From: an uncultured Candidatus Rokubacteria bacterium
GTDB taxonomy: Bacteria; Methylomirabilota; Methylomirabilia; Rokubacteriales; CSP1-6
Assembly: GCA_963771355.1 (NCBI GenBank)
Contig: CAVYTA010000006.1
Location: 1,280,001 to 1,344,000, forward strand
DNA length: 64,000 bases
Reading direction: 5' to 3'
Shown: positions 34,265 to 47,395 of the stretch, piece by piece
How the letters are laid out: each line of letters opens with the position of its first letter
Numbering within the stretch: position 1 is the stretch's first letter
Notes under the pieces: generated by a model
The model's database searches: none
Told to the model about the DNA's origin: nothing
The model's input: only the letters and a program-made list of their open reading frames with translations
Made by a program: the position numbers and the translations under genes

Positions 34265-35968
34265 TCACGCGGTGGCGAGTCGGGCGGCGATGTCCTTCAC
34301 GGTGGCCAGCACGTGATCGCGGGGCACCTTGTGATCGCGGCGGGTGGCGCGCTCGCGGATCTCCACGATGCCCTCCTTCACCAGCCCCTGCCCCACCGTG
34401 ACCCGGAGCGGGCAGCCGAGCAGGTCGGCGTCCTTGAACTTGACGCCGGCGCGCTCGTCGCGATCATCGATGAGCACGTCGAACCCGGCGGCGCCCAGCT
34501 CCGCGTAGATCGTTTCCGCGGCGGCGGACTGGGTGGCATCCTTGATCGCCACCGGGACCACATGGACCTGGAAGGGCGCGATGGCCCAGGGCCAGAGGAT
34601 GCCGTCGGCGTCGTGGCGCTGCTCGATGGCGGCGGCGGTGATGCGCGCGGGACCGATGCCGTACGAGCCCATGACGATGGGGCGCTGCTGCCCGCTCTCG
34701 TCGAGGTAGACGGCGTTGAGCGCCTCCGAATACGTCGTGCCCAGCTTGAAGATGTTGCCGATCTCGATGACCCGCTCCACTGTGAGCGGCTTGCCGCAGC
34801 GAGGACAGCCCTCGCCCGGGAGCGCCACCTGCAGATCCACGAACTCGCAGGCGAAGTCCTGCCCGGGCGCGACGCCGGTGAGGTGATAGCCCTCGCGGTT
34901 GGCGCCCACCACGTAGCGGCCCTCACGCAGGGACTCGTCGGCGAGCACGCGCGAGACGCCGTTGACCTTCACGGGCCCGATGGAGCCCGGTGCCACGCCG
35001 AGATGCTGGCGCACCTCCTCGGGCTGGGCGGGGCGCGCCTCCGCCCGCAGGGCCCGGGCCAGCTTGCGCTCGTGCAGCCCGTGGTCGCCGCGGACCAGTG
35101 CCAGCACCGGACCCGCCGGCCCCATGAACACCAGCGACTTGATGGTCAGCGCCGGGTCCACCTTGAGCTGCGCGGACACCTCGGCGATGGTCTTTGCGTC
35201 AGGGGTCGCCACCTCATCGGGAGCGCTCCAGGGCGCGGCGGGGGTGACGGGCACCCCGCGGGCGAGCTCGACGTTGGCGGCATAGCCGCAGGCCGGGCAC
35301 AGCGCCACGTCGTCCTCGCCGGCCGCGCTGGGCGCCATGAACTCGTGGGACCCCGAGCCGCCCATCATGCCGGGATCCGAGTCCACCACGATGTAGCGCA
35401 CGCCGCAGCGCTCGAAGATGCGGCAATACGCGTCGTGGTGGGCCTGGTAGGAGCGGTCCAGCGCCGCCGCGTCGGGATCGAGGGTGTAGGCGTCCTTCAT
35501 GAGGAACTCGCGCGTCCGCAGCACGCCGGAGCGCGGCCGCGCCTCGTCGCGCTCCTTGGTCTGGATCTGGTACCAGATCTGGGGCAGGTCACGGTAGGAC
35601 CTGATCTCCTTGGAGGCCAGCCACGCGATCACCTCCTCGTGCGTCATGCCCAGGCACAGATCGCGGCCGTAGCGATCCTTGAGACGGAACATCTCCGCCC
35701 CGATCGCGTCCCAGCGGCCGGACTGCTGCCAGATCTCGGCGGGGAGGAGCACCGGCATGGTGATCTCCTGCCCGCCGATGGCGTTCATCTCCCCGCGGAT
35801 GATGGCGTTCACCTTCTCGAGCACGCGCTGGCCAAGCGGGAGATACACGTAGATGCCGGCGGCGAGCTGGCGGACGAGTCCGGCCCGCACCATGAGGCGA
35901 TGGCTCACCGCCTCGGCGTCGGCGGGGTCGTCACGCAGGGTAGGGATGAGGCTGCGATTCCAGCGCAC
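34265..35968 (-). CDS. proS: Proline-tRNA ligase (with insertion editing domain)
   Basis: GMTHEE, YQIQTK.RDE.RPR.G.LR.REF.MKDAY, GNIFKLG, MGSYGIG. Confidence 0.97.
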   Translation of the reverse strand: MRWNRSLIPTLRDDPADAEAVSHRLMVRAGLVRQLAAGIYVYLPLGQRVLEKVNAIIRGEMNAIGGQEITMPVLLPAEIWQQSGRWDAIGAEMFRLKDRYGRDLCLGMTHEEVIAWLASKEIRSYRDLPQIWYQIQTKERDEARPRSGVLRTREFLMKDAYTLDPDAAALDRSYQAHHDAYCRIFERCGVRYIVVDSDPGMMGGSGSHEFMAPSAAGEDDVALCPACGYAANVELARGVPVTPAAPWSAPDEVATPDAKTIAEVSAQLKVDPALTIKSLVFMGPAGPVLALVRGDHGLHERKLARALRAEARPAQPEEVRQHLGVAPGSIGPVKVNGVSRVLADESLREGRYVVGANREGYHLTGVAPGQDFACEFVDLQVALPGEGCPRCGKPLTVERVIEIGNIFKLGTTYSEALNAVYLDESGQQRPIVMGSYGIGPARITAAAIEQRHDADGILWPWAIAPFQVHVVPVAIKDATQSAAAETIYAELGAAGFDVLIDDRDERAGVKFKDADLLGCPLRVTVGQGLVKEGIVEIRERATRRDHKVPRDHVLATVKDIAARLATA

Positions 35969-35970
35969 CC

Positions 35971-36312
35971 TCAGGCCTCTTTGGGCGGGAGCGGCACCTT
36001 GTTGGGGCCCGGCACGCCGGGTTCGTAGATCAGGCGCGCGACCGGCCGCCCGCCCAGGATGTGGGACTCGACGATCTCGGCGAGATCCGACTCGGCGACG
36101 CCGTGATACCAGACGTTGTCGGGGTAGATCACCATCATCGGCCCGTGCCCGCACTGGGAGAAGCACCCCGCCTTGTTGACTCGGACTTCCTTGTGCTTGC
36201 CCGCGGTGGCGACGGCGGTGCGCAGGGTCTTGACCATCTTTTCCACGTCACCCTGCTGGGGACAGGTCTCCCCAGACGTGCAGACGAACACGTGACACGC
36301 GTACTGGCCCAT
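35971..36312 (-). CDS. Thioredoxin-like [2Fe-2S] ferredoxin
   Basis: HVFVC....C, AGCFSQCGHGP.MVIYPDNVWY. Confidence 0.9.
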   Translation of the reverse strand: MGQYACHVFVCTSGETCPQQGDVEKMVKTLRTAVATAGKHKEVRVNKAGCFSQCGHGPMMVIYPDNVWYHGVAESDLAEIVESHILGGRPVARLIYEPGVPGPNKVPLPPKEA

Positions 36313-36330
36313 GGTCCCTCGCCTCGGTGG

Positions 36331-37695
36331 CTAGCGGAAGAAGCGTAAGACGTCGATGCGCACCAGATCGTTGTACACCGCATACACCATCAGCATCATC
36401 AGCAGCACGAAGCCCACCTGCTGAGCCACCTCACGCTTTCGCAGCGACAGCGGACGGCCCAGGATCGCCTCGCACACGAAGAAGAGCAGGTGCCCGCCGT
36501 CGAGCATGGGCACCGGCAGCAGGTTGAGCAGCGCCAGGTTCACGCTGATCACCGCGGTGAAGAAGGCCAGGCTCGGCAGCCCCTGCCGGGCCTGCTCCCC
36601 CGCCGCCTGCGCGATCTGGATGGGCCCGCCGATGTTGGAGCGGTCGAGCTGTCCCACCACGATCTTCCACAGGCCGGTGGCGGTCAGCGCGGTGACCTCC
36701 ACCGTCTTCTGCACCCCGTCGCGCAGCGCGAGGATGGGATTTTCCCGCACGTAGGTGGTGCCGGGGGCGGGGCTGATCCCGATGCGCCCGACCTCGGCTT
36801 CCTTCCCGTCCGGCCCCCGGTCCTTGACCGCGCGCGGGGTGACCGTGAGGGCGACGCGCTCGGTGCCCCGCTGCACCACCAGGCGTGTGGGCTGGCCGGG
36901 GCGGCGGTTGATGGCCTCGGCCAGATCGGACCAGGACAGCACCGGCCGGCCCTCGATCTCCACCACGGTGTCGCCGGGCCGGAGCCCCGCCTCGGCGGCG
37001 GGGAAACCCGATACCGTGTCGCCGATGACCGGCGCGATGTAGGGACCCATGCCGACGTCCCAGACCTCGCGCTCGTCGCCGAAGATGTCCCGCTCCTTCA
37101 GCCGCGTCGGCGTCACCGTGACCTTGCGCTCGCCGCCGGGCACTCCGATCACCGTCAGCTCGATGGCCCGCCCCTGCCCCTCCTGCACGGAGCGGAGCAC
37201 ATCCTCCCAGTACTTCACCGGGCGGCCGTCGACCGCCACGACCTTGTCCCCGGTGGCGAGCCCCACCTTGGCGGCGGCCCCGTCCGGGGCGACGCGGCCG
37301 ACGACGGGCGGCAGCGCCGGTCTCCCCACGAACATGAACACGAGGGCGAAGATGACGGCGGCGAGGACGAAGTTCATCCCGGGACCCGCGAAGACGATGA
37401 GGAAGCGGGCGATGAGGGACTTGCCGTGGAAGGCCTTGGTCGGATCCACCGTCGGTCCCGCGCCGCCCTCGAGCGGATTCTCGTCGTCGCCCATCATCTT
37501 CACGTAGCCGCCCATGGGAATGGCGGAGAGGCAGTATTCGGTCTCCTTCCCCCGGTAGCGCCAGAGGACAGGGCCGAAGCCGATGGAGAAGCGCTCCACG
37601 CCCACGCCGAAGAGCCGCGCCACCACGAAATGTCCGAGCTCGTGGATGACGATGAGGATCCCGATCACGATGATGAAAGCCAGAACCGACGTCAC
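36331..37695 (-). CDS. rseP: RIP metalloprotease RseP
   Basis: HELGH, GGYVKM, two PDZ domains, NLLPVPMLDGG. Confidence 0.97.
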   Translation of the reverse strand: MTSVLAFIIVIGILIVIHELGHFVVARLFGVGVERFSIGFGPVLWRYRGKETEYCLSAIPMGGYVKMMGDDENPLEGGAGPTVDPTKAFHGKSLIARFLIVFAGPGMNFVLAAVIFALVFMFVGRPALPPVVGRVAPDGAAAKVGLATGDKVVAVDGRPVKYWEDVLRSVQEGQGRAIELTVIGVPGGERKVTVTPTRLKERDIFGDEREVWDVGMGPYIAPVIGDTVSGFPAAEAGLRPGDTVVEIEGRPVLSWSDLAEAINRRPGQPTRLVVQRGTERVALTVTPRAVKDRGPDGKEAEVGRIGISPAPGTTYVRENPILALRDGVQKTVEVTALTATGLWKIVVGQLDRSNIGGPIQIAQAAGEQARQGLPSLAFFTAVISVNLALLNLLPVPMLDGGHLLFFVCEAILGRPLSLRKREVAQQVGFVLLMMLMVYAVYNDLVRIDVLRFFR

Positions 37696-38888
37696 GTCGC
37701 GTTCCTCCCGGTGGCACGCGGCGCCGAGGGGACCCCGGCGGGCAGCCACCCCGCCACCGCCCGGCGCGTCTCGTCGTCCACATGTACGCATGTTTCGATG
37801 TCGGCGAGCCCCCGTGCCGGCACGTGCGCGAGGGCCCGCTCGATCAATTGGGCAATCTCGACGAAGCGAATCCGCCCTTCGAGGAAGGCGGCCACCGCCA
37901 TCTCGTTGGCGGCATTGAGCACCACCGTCGCCACCCCGCCCGCCTGGAGCGCGCGGCGGGCGAGGGCGAGGCAGGGGAACCGGTCGGTGTCGGGCGCTTC
38001 GAAGGTCAGCGCCCCCACGCGCGTGAGGTCGAGGCGCTCCGCCGCCGCGGGCAGCCGCGACGGATAGGTGAAGGCATAGAGGATGGGGATGCCCATGTCG
38101 GCCACCCCGAGCTGGGCGATCACCGAGCCATCCACGTACTCCACCATGGAGTGCACGATCGACTGCGGGTGCACCACCACCTGCACGCGCTCGGGCTCCA
38201 CGTCGAAGAGCCAGCGCGCCTCGATGACCTCGAGCCCCTTGTTCATGAGGGTGGCGGAGTCCACCGTGATCTTGGCGCCCATCTTCCAGGTGGGATGATT
38301 GAGCGCCTGCTCCACCGTGACGTGCTCCAGGTCTGCCTTCGTCATCCGGCGGAAGGGCCCCCCGGAGGCGGTGAGGAGGATCCGATGCACCTCCGCGCGA
38401 TTGTGGCCGACCAGACACTGGAACACCGCGCTGTGCTCGGAGTCTACCGGCAGGAGGGAAACTCCCGCGGTCCGCGCGGCCGCGGTCATGAGGCTCCCCG
38501 CCATGACCAGCGTCTCCTTGTTGGCCAGCGCCACCGTCTTGCCGGACCGGATGGCGGCCATGGTGGGCAGCAGCCCCGCCCCGCCCACGATGGCCGACAG
38601 CAGCACCTCGGCCTCCACCTCGGCCGCGAGCGTCACCAGACCGGCGGCGCCCCGGAGCATCTCGGGATGCGGCCGGGGCAGGAGCCGCGCCACCGCGTCC
38701 ACCGCGTCCCCTTCGGACAGGGCGAGCGCGCGCGGGCGATGCTTGAGGCACAGATCGGCCACCAGCTCGGGATTGGATCCGCGTGCGGCGAGCCCCTCCA
38801 CGCGGAACTCGCCGGGGAACTGATCCACCAGATCGAGCGCCCGGCGCCCCACCGAGCCGGTCGCGCCGAGGAGGACCAGCCGCTTCAC
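37692..38888 (-). CDS. dxr: 1-deoxy-D-xylulose-5-phosphate reductoisomerase
   Basis: LGATGSVG, LANKE, LPVDSEHSA, HPTWKMGAKIT, NKGLE. Confidence 0.98.
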   Translation of the reverse strand: MKRLVLLGATGSVGRRALDLVDQFPGEFRVEGLAARGSNPELVADLCLKHRPRALALSEGDAVDAVARLLPRPHPEMLRGAAGLVTLAAEVEAEVLLSAIVGGAGLLPTMAAIRSGKTVALANKETLVMAGSLMTAAARTAGVSLLPVDSEHSAVFQCLVGHNRAEVHRILLTASGGPFRRMTKADLEHVTVEQALNHPTWKMGAKITVDSATLMNKGLEVIEARWLFDVEPERVQVVVHPQSIVHSMVEYVDGSVIAQLGVADMGIPILYAFTYPSRLPAAAERLDLTRVGALTFEAPDTDRFPCLALARRALQAGGVATVVLNAANEMAVAAFLEGRIRFVEIAQLIERALAHVPARGLADIETCVHVDDETRRAVAGWLPAGVPSAPRATGRNAT

Positions 38889-39727
38889 TGGAGCCCCCGC
38901 ATGTGCGCGGCGCAATAAAAGAGCACCGGCGTATTGAAGAGCAGGCTGTCGATGCGGTCGAGCACTCCGCCGTGACCGGGGATGAGGCTCCCGGTGTCCT
39001 TGGTGCCCACGCTGCGCTTGAGCGCGGACTCCACGAGGTCGCCGATCTGGCCGGACACGCCCAGGGCCAGTCCCACCAGCGCCGCGCCGGCCAGCCCCAG
39101 CGCGGGGAAGAACCACATCTGCGCGATCACCGCCGCCAGCACCGAGACCACGAGCTGCGCGAGGGCGCCCTCCACGGTCTTCTTGGGGCTCACCATGGGC
39201 GCGAGCCGATGGCGCCCGGCGGCGGAGCCGACCAGATAGGCGGCGGTCTCCCCCAGCCACGTCACCCACACCAGGAGCAGCACCCACTCCTTCCCCGACT
39301 CGAGGTCGCGCAGCCAGAAGGCATAGCCCAGCAGCCAGTTCACGTACAGGATTCCGAACACCGTGACCACCGCCGGCTGCCATTCCATCTGCCCGAGGCG
39401 CTGCTGCCACAGGGCGGCGGTGAGCGCGCCCAGGAGCACGGCGGTGAGCATCACCCGCTCCGACACCGGCAGCGCGAAGCTGGCGGTGACGAGCACGCCC
39501 CCCAGCAGGCCCAGCCCCCTCATGGTCCGCACGCCCGCGCGCTCGAACATCCCGGTGAACTCCCACTGCCCCAGCGCCCCCAGGAGCACGATGATGGTGC
39601 CGAAGAGCCAGAGCGGCCCGGCCATCACCAGCCAAAGGAAGAGCGGGAGCAGCACGAGCGTGCTGAGCCCCCGCCGGAGCAGGGCCGCGCCCCGGGAGGG
39701 CGCCGCGGTGGCGCGGGGGAGGGACAT
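38885..39727 (-). CDS. cdsA: Phosphatidate cytidylyltransferase
   Basis: SPKKTVEG, GDLVES.LKR, KD.G.LIPGHGGVLDRIDS. Confidence 0.96.
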   Translation of the reverse strand: MSLPRATAAPSRGAALLRRGLSTLVLLPLFLWLVMAGPLWLFGTIIVLLGALGQWEFTGMFERAGVRTMRGLGLLGGVLVTASFALPVSERVMLTAVLLGALTAALWQQRLGQMEWQPAVVTVFGILYVNWLLGYAFWLRDLESGKEWVLLLVWVTWLGETAAYLVGSAAGRHRLAPMVSPKKTVEGALAQLVVSVLAAVIAQMWFFPALGLAGAALVGLALGVSGQIGDLVESALKRSVGTKDTGSLIPGHGGVLDRIDSLLFNTPVLFYCAAHMRGLQ

Positions 39728-39744
39728 GTCCTCCGCCCCGCCCA

Positions 39745-40527
39745 TCACACGCGTCCGAATCGGCGATCGCGGCGCTGGAACTCGGCGACGGCCACGTGGA
39801 GGTCGCGCACGCCGAAGTCCGGCCAGAGCGTGGGCGTCACCCACAGCTCGGTATACGCGATTTGCCAGAGGAGGAAGTTGGAAACCCGCATCTCCCCGCT
39901 CGTGCGGATGAGGAGATCGGGATCGGGCATGCCGTCGGTGTAGAGCGCCCGCGCCACCGCGGCCTCGTCGATGCTCTCCGGATCGAGCGCGCCCGCGCGC
40001 ACCTCCCGCGCCAGGCCGCGCACCGCATCCACGATCTCGTCGCGGCCACCGTAGTTCAGCGCGAGCACCAGGGTGAGGCCGGTATTGGCGGCGGTCTCCG
40101 TGACCACGTGCTCGATGCGCCGCCGCACGCCGGGAGGAATGCCGGCGGAGCGGCCGATCACGCGGAAGCGGACGTTCTTCGCCATGAGATCGGGCAGCTC
40201 CCCGTCGATCGTACGCTCCAGGAGCGTCATGAGGAACGAGACCTCGGTCTCGGGCCGCTGCCAATTCTCGGACGAGAACGCGTAGAGGGTGAGGAAGTCG
40301 ATGCCGAGCTCCCCCACCTGACGCACCGTCTCGCGCACCGCCTTGACGCCCTGATGATGGCCGGCCACCCGCGGCAGCCCGCGCCGCGTCGCCCAGCGGC
40401 CGTTGCCGTCCATGATGATCGCGACATGGCGGGGACGGGGGCGGGCCAAGACACGGCTCCGGAGCTCCGCTTCAGGAAGGCGCGAGAGCTCGGCCACGGA
40501 AACGCCGGAGGCCGGGGGAAACGCCAT
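39745..40527 (-). CDS. uppS: Undecaprenyl diphosphate synthase
   Basis: HVAIIMDGNGRWA, YAFSSENW, LIRTSGEMRVSNFLLWQ. Confidence 0.97.
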   Translation of the reverse strand: MAFPPASGVSVAELSRLPEAELRSRVLARPRPRHVAIIMDGNGRWATRRGLPRVAGHHQGVKAVRETVRQVGELGIDFLTLYAFSSENWQRPETEVSFLMTLLERTIDGELPDLMAKNVRFRVIGRSAGIPPGVRRRIEHVVTETAANTGLTLVLALNYGGRDEIVDAVRGLAREVRAGALDPESIDEAAVARALYTDGMPDPDLLIRTSGEMRVSNFLLWQIAYTELWVTPTLWPDFGVRDLHVAVAEFQRRDRRFGRV

Positions 40528-40607
40528 GGGCCTCAAGTGTACCGGAGGCAGCAAGAGACTGCCAGGAAAATCAGGCGTTTCGTCCACGCCGGGCGGCGGC
40601 GGCGCGC

Positions 40608-43317
<2,710 letters not shown>

Positions 43318-43324
43318 AGTGCCG

Positions 43325-43435
43325 TCCTTTCGGTTCGCCTCCGACCGTCGAGCGGCGGGGCCCCGAGGGCCGCCGCGCTTCCCCGCCGCGCCCCCTGAAG
43401 GGCCGCGGAGACCGAAGCTCGCGGTCGTGCGTCGT
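43325..43435 (-). ncRNA. rpsB 5' leader (t44/S2 leader-like cis-regulatory RNA)
   Basis: Structured GC-rich leader with CGACC...GGTCG outer stem followed by GAGGCGAACC, resembling the t44 3' end. Confidence 0.55.
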
Positions 43436-43442
43436 TAACTTC

Positions 43443-44657
43443 TTACGTCGTGTACTTCGAGTTGAGCCGGACGTACTCCTCGGTGAGGTCCGAGGTCCAC
43501 ACGGAGTCCTCGCCGCGGCCAAGCCCGAGCTCGATGCCGATGCTGTATTCGCCGCCCCGCATGGTAGCCTCCACGCGGTCCATGCGCGCGCCCGGCCGGA
43601 GCATCCCGCGCTCCACGATGCGCTCCTCGCCGATCTGGATGGCCACCCGGTCGGCGGCGACCTTGGCGGTCGACTTGCCCAGCGCCATCATGATGCGCCC
43701 CCAGTTGGGGTCGGCGCCACAGATGGCGGTCTTGACCAGGGGCGAGTTGGCCACGCTGCGGGCGGCGATCAGCGCCTCTCGGCGCGTGCGGGCTCCCGAC
43801 ACGCGCACCTGCACCAGCTTGGTGGCGCCCTCGCCGTCCTGCACCAGCATCTTGGCCAGCTTCTCGGCCACGGCCTCGAGCGCCTGGCGGAACTGCCGCA
43901 GCCCCCGGCCGCTGCGCTCCAGCGGCGCGTTCTCGGCCAGCCCGTTGGCGAGCACCGCCACCGTGTCGCTGGTGGACTCGTCGCCGTCCACCGTCACGCG
44001 GTTGAAGGACCGATCCATGGCGCGCCGGAGCGAGATCTGGAGCGCGTCGGCCGCGATCACGGCATCGGTGGCGAGGAAGCAGAACATGGTCGCCAGGTGC
44101 GGTTCGAGCATGGCCACGCCCTTGGCGATACCGCCGATGGTCACCGGCCGGCCTCCGATCTCCACCCGGAGCGCGGCCTCCTTCGGCATGGTGTCGGTGG
44201 TCATGATGGCCTCGGCCGCGCTCCGGCTCCCCTGCGGCGACAGCGCCTTCACCAGCTTGGGCAGGCTCGCCCGCACCTTGTCCATCGGCATCGGCTGGCC
44301 GATCACGCCGGTGGCCGCGATGAGGACGCGCTGGGCGGGAATACGCAGGTGCTCGCCCACGATCTTGGTCATCTCCCGCGCGTCCCGGATCCCCTGCTCG
44401 CCCGTGCAGACGTTGGAGCACCCGGAGGACGCCACGATGGCCTGGGCCTGACCGCCCTTGACGTGGTCGCGGGACACCAGCACCGGCGCGCCCTTGACCT
44501 GGTTCGTCGTGAACACCGCCGCCGCCCGCGCGGGCGACGAGGAGTAGATGAGGGCGAGGTCCTTCTTGCCGCTGGGCTTGATGCCGGCGGTGACGCCGGC
44601 GGCGAGGATGCCGGGGACGGCGGTGATACCGCCGTCGAGCCACTGGATGTCGGCCAT
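43443..44657 (-). CDS. argJ: Ornithine acetyltransferase ArgJ
   Basis: VFTTN, IMTTDT, LATM (cleavage site), DGDESTSD, DGEGATK, DPNWGR. Confidence 0.96.
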   Translation of the reverse strand: MADIQWLDGGITAVPGILAAGVTAGIKPSGKKDLALIYSSSPARAAAVFTTNQVKGAPVLVSRDHVKGGQAQAIVASSGCSNVCTGEQGIRDAREMTKIVGEHLRIPAQRVLIAATGVIGQPMPMDKVRASLPKLVKALSPQGSRSAAEAIMTTDTMPKEAALRVEIGGRPVTIGGIAKGVAMLEPHLATMFCFLATDAVIAADALQISLRRAMDRSFNRVTVDGDESTSDTVAVLANGLAENAPLERSGRGLRQFRQALEAVAEKLAKMLVQDGEGATKLVQVRVSGARTRREALIAARSVANSPLVKTAICGADPNWGRIMMALGKSTAKVAADRVAIQIGEERIVERGMLRPGARMDRVEATMRGGEYSIGIELGLGRGEDSVWTSDLTEEYVRLNSKYTT

Positions 44658-44665
44658 GCCGGCGC

Positions 44666-45718
44666 CTACGGGTAGACGGGGGGCGCTTCGAGCCCGCTCC
44701 GCTCGTCCCAGCCCATCATGATGTTGAGGCTCTGGATCCCGTTGGCGGAGCCGCCCTTGCCCAGGTTGTCGAGAGCGGAAACGCAGACCGCGCGCCGCGT
44801 GCGCACATCCACGACCACGGTGACGTCGCAGAAGTTGGAGCCCACGATGTGACGCGTGGTGGGCTTCTCGCCTTCCGGGAGCACCCGCACGAAGGGCTCC
44901 CCCGCGTAGAATTCCCCGTACAGGCTCACCAGGTCGGCGGTGGAGGCGCTCCGCGTGAGCGGCACCGAGGCGGTGGTGAAGAGCCCGCGGTTCATCGGCA
45001 GCAGATGCGGGGTGAAGGCGACCACCACCGGCCCGCCCGCCAGCGCGGACAGCTCCTGCTCCATCTCGGCCGTGTGCCGGTGGGTGCCGCCGAGACCATA
45101 GGCCTGCACGTTCTCGTTGGCCTCGGTGTAGAGGTACATGGGCTCGATCTTCCGGCCCTGCGCTCCCGCTCCCGTCACGCCCGACTTGCCGTCGATCACG
45201 ATGCCCTCGCGCGAGCCGAGCCCGCTCTTGAGCAGGGGCGCGGTGGCGAGAATGGCGCCCATCGGATAGCAGCCCGGCGAGGCGACCAGGCCGGCCTGGG
45301 CGATCGCCTTGCGATGCAGCTCGGGCAGCCCGTACACCGCCTCCGCGAGCCCGGCGGCATCGACGTGCGGGGCCTTGTACCAGGTGACGTAGAGCGAGCC
45401 GTCGCGGAGCCGATAGTCCGCGGAGAGGTCCACGACCTTTCGCCCCAGACGGCGTAGCACCGGCACCGCCCGCTGCGACTCCATGTGCGGCAGCGCGAGG
45501 AAGACGAGGTCCGCCTCCCCGGCGATCCGCTCGGCATCGACCTCCTGGAAGACCAGCGAGGAGAGACCGCGGAGATGCGGGTACACCTTGTCCAGGCGCT
45601 CGCCGGCGAGCCGCTCGGAGGTGACGGCGGTGAGCTGGACCTGGGGATGGACGGTCAGGAGGCGGAGGAGCTCCGCCCCCATGTACCCGCTCGCCCCCGC
45701 CACCGCCACCCGCAGCAT
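44666..45718 (-). CDS. argC: N-acetyl-gamma-glutamyl-phosphate reductase
   Basis: GASGYMG, DLSADYR, PGCYP, SGVTGAG, DNLGKG. Confidence 0.97.
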   Translation of the reverse strand: MLRVAVAGASGYMGAELLRLLTVHPQVQLTAVTSERLAGERLDKVYPHLRGLSSLVFQEVDAERIAGEADLVFLALPHMESQRAVPVLRRLGRKVVDLSADYRLRDGSLYVTWYKAPHVDAAGLAEAVYGLPELHRKAIAQAGLVASPGCYPMGAILATAPLLKSGLGSREGIVIDGKSGVTGAGAQGRKIEPMYLYTEANENVQAYGLGGTHRHTAEMEQELSALAGGPVVVAFTPHLLPMNRGLFTTASVPLTRSASTADLVSLYGEFYAGEPFVRVLPEGEKPTTRHIVGSNFCDVTVVVDVRTRRAVCVSALDNLGKGGSANGIQSLNIMMGWDERSGLEAPPVYP

Positions 45719-45729
45719 CGGCAATCTCC

Positions 45730-46125
45730 CTACCGCTTCGAGTACTGGAACTTCGACCGCGCGCCTGGCTGGCCGTACTTCTTCCGCTCCTTCATCCGCG
45801 GATCGCGGGTGAGGAGGCCGGCCCGCTTGAGCGCCTGCCGGAGCTTCTCGTCGAACTCGAGCAGAGCCCGCGAGATGCCGTGCCGGACGGCGCCGGCCTG
45901 ACCGGTGGGGCCCCCGCCGCCGACGTTGATGTTGGCGTCGAATTGCCCCAGCAGGTTCGTGAGCTGAAGCGGCTGGCAGATGATCATCCGCAGCGTCTCG
46001 CGCGGGAAGTAATCCTCGAAGGCCCGCTTGTTCACCCGGATATTGCCGTTGCCCTGCTTGAGCCACACGCGCGCCACGGAAGTCTTCCGCCGCCCGGTCC
46101 CGTAAAACAGCATCGCCTCAGCCAT
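45730..46125 (-). CDS. rpsI: 30S ribosomal protein S9
   Basis: [23 protein letters not shown]. Confidence 0.99.
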   Translation of the reverse strand: MAEAMLFYGTGRRKTSVARVWLKQGNGNIRVNKRAFEDYFPRETLRMIICQPLQLTNLLGQFDANINVGGGGPTGQAGAVRHGISRALLEFDEKLRQALKRAGLLTRDPRMKERKKYGQPGARSKFQYSKR

Positions 46126-46165
46126 ATGCTCGGTCGCTCCTTAGCCTACTTGGGCCTGCTTGGGC

Positions 46166-46612
46166 TTACTTGGCCGCGCGGCCGGCCGCGGCCAGCGGCT
46201 CGGGCTTCTGGGCGGCATGCGGATGAACGGTTCCCCGGTACACCTTGAGCTTCTTCGCCATGGCCCGGCCGAGCCGGCCCTTGGGAAGCATGCCCTGCAC
46301 GGCCCACTCGATGACACGCTCGGGATGGGTCTTGATCATCTTGTCGGCGCTCACTTCGCGCAGACCGCCGATATAGCCGGTGTGCCACCGGTACATCTTC
46401 TCGGTCATCTTGCGCCCGGTGAGCTGCACCTTCTCGGCGTTGACCACCACCACGTGGTCCCCCACGTCCAGGTGAGGCGCGAAGATCGGCTTGTGCTTCC
46501 CTCTCAAGATGGTCGCCACCTGAGTGGCGAGACGACCCAGCACGCGGCCCTCGGCGTCAACTAGGAACCACTTGCGGTCGATCGAGTCTTCCTTCGGCAT
46601 GACGGTCGGCAT
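46166..46612 (-). CDS. rplM: 50S ribosomal protein L13
   Basis: [26 protein letters not shown]. Confidence 0.99.
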   Translation of the reverse strand: MPTVMPKEDSIDRKWFLVDAEGRVLGRLATQVATILRGKHKPIFAPHLDVGDHVVVVNAEKVQLTGRKMTEKMYRWHTGYIGGLREVSADKMIKTHPERVIEWAVQGMLPKGRLGRAMAKKLKVYRGTVHPHAAQKPEPLAAAGRAAK

Positions 46613-46640
46613 GATTCCTCCCCGAATTCAGCAACACGCC

Positions 46641-46669
46641 ATACTACGGGCCGTCCTCAAATCTGTCAA
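46641..46669 (-). promoter_or_regulatory. Sigma70 promoter of rplM-rpsI
   Basis: TTGACA-17 nt-TAGTAT; the -35 box overlaps the nth stop codon. Confidence 0.8.
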
Positions 46670-47379
46670 CCCTTTCGTACCTTTCTCCCCCGATCGGCGT
46701 CTCCTTTGACCGCGGGCTTCGGTCCCGCCGGCGGTGTCTTGCCGGGCCACGGACAGAGCGCGCGGACCCCGCATTCCGGGCACTTGGGGGCCCGCGCCTG
46801 ACAGGTACGCCGACCATGCCAGATGAGGAGATGGCTGGCCTCGGTGAGTCGGTCCGGCGGGAAGAGGGCCACGAGGTCGTCGTGGATCTTCTCCGGGTCG
46901 GTGGCCCGAGTGAGACCCAGGCGCTGGGAGACCCGCGTCACGTGGGTGTCCACCGCGAGGGCCGGAATCCCGAAGGCGTTGCCCAGCACCACGTTGGCGG
47001 TCTTGCGTCCCACTCCGGGGAGCTGGGTCAGCTCGTCGAGCACGCGCGGCACCTCGCCGCCGTGGCGCTCCACCAGCGCCCGAGCCATGCCGAGGATGGA
47101 CTTGGCCTTGGCGCGATAGAACCCGGTGGAGTGGATCTCGCGCTCGAGTCGCGCGGGCGGGATCGCCGCCCAGTCGCGCGCGGTGCGGTACTTCGGGAAG
47201 AGCCCGGCGGTGACCTGGTTGACCCGTTGATCCGTACACTGAGCGGAGAGAATCGTCGCCACCAGGAGCTCGAGCGGGGTGGACGACTCGAGCTCGATCC
47301 GCGCGTCGGGATACATCCGGGCGAGCCCGTCGAGGATGAGGCGGGCACGGCGCTTCCGGTCGGCGAGGGATTCCGCCAT
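46666..47379 (-). CDS. nth: Endonuclease III
   Basis: LSAQCTD, LPGVGRKTAN HhH, VDTHV, C-x6-C-x2-C-x5-C Fe-S motif. Confidence 0.97.
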   Translation of the reverse strand: MAESLADRKRRARLILDGLARMYPDARIELESSTPLELLVATILSAQCTDQRVNQVTAGLFPKYRTARDWAAIPPARLEREIHSTGFYRAKAKSILGMARALVERHGGEVPRVLDELTQLPGVGRKTANVVLGNAFGIPALAVDTHVTRVSQRLGLTRATDPEKIHDDLVALFPPDRLTEASHLLIWHGRRTCQARAPKCPECGVRALCPWPGKTPPAGPKPAVKGDADRGRKVRKG

Positions 47380-47395
47380 CGGGGCTCCTTTCGGC

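Noticed and set aside
35971..36312. Ferredoxin as electron donor for the diiron pair
   Set aside because: It lies more than 20 kb away in a housekeeping operon, with no evidence of linkage.
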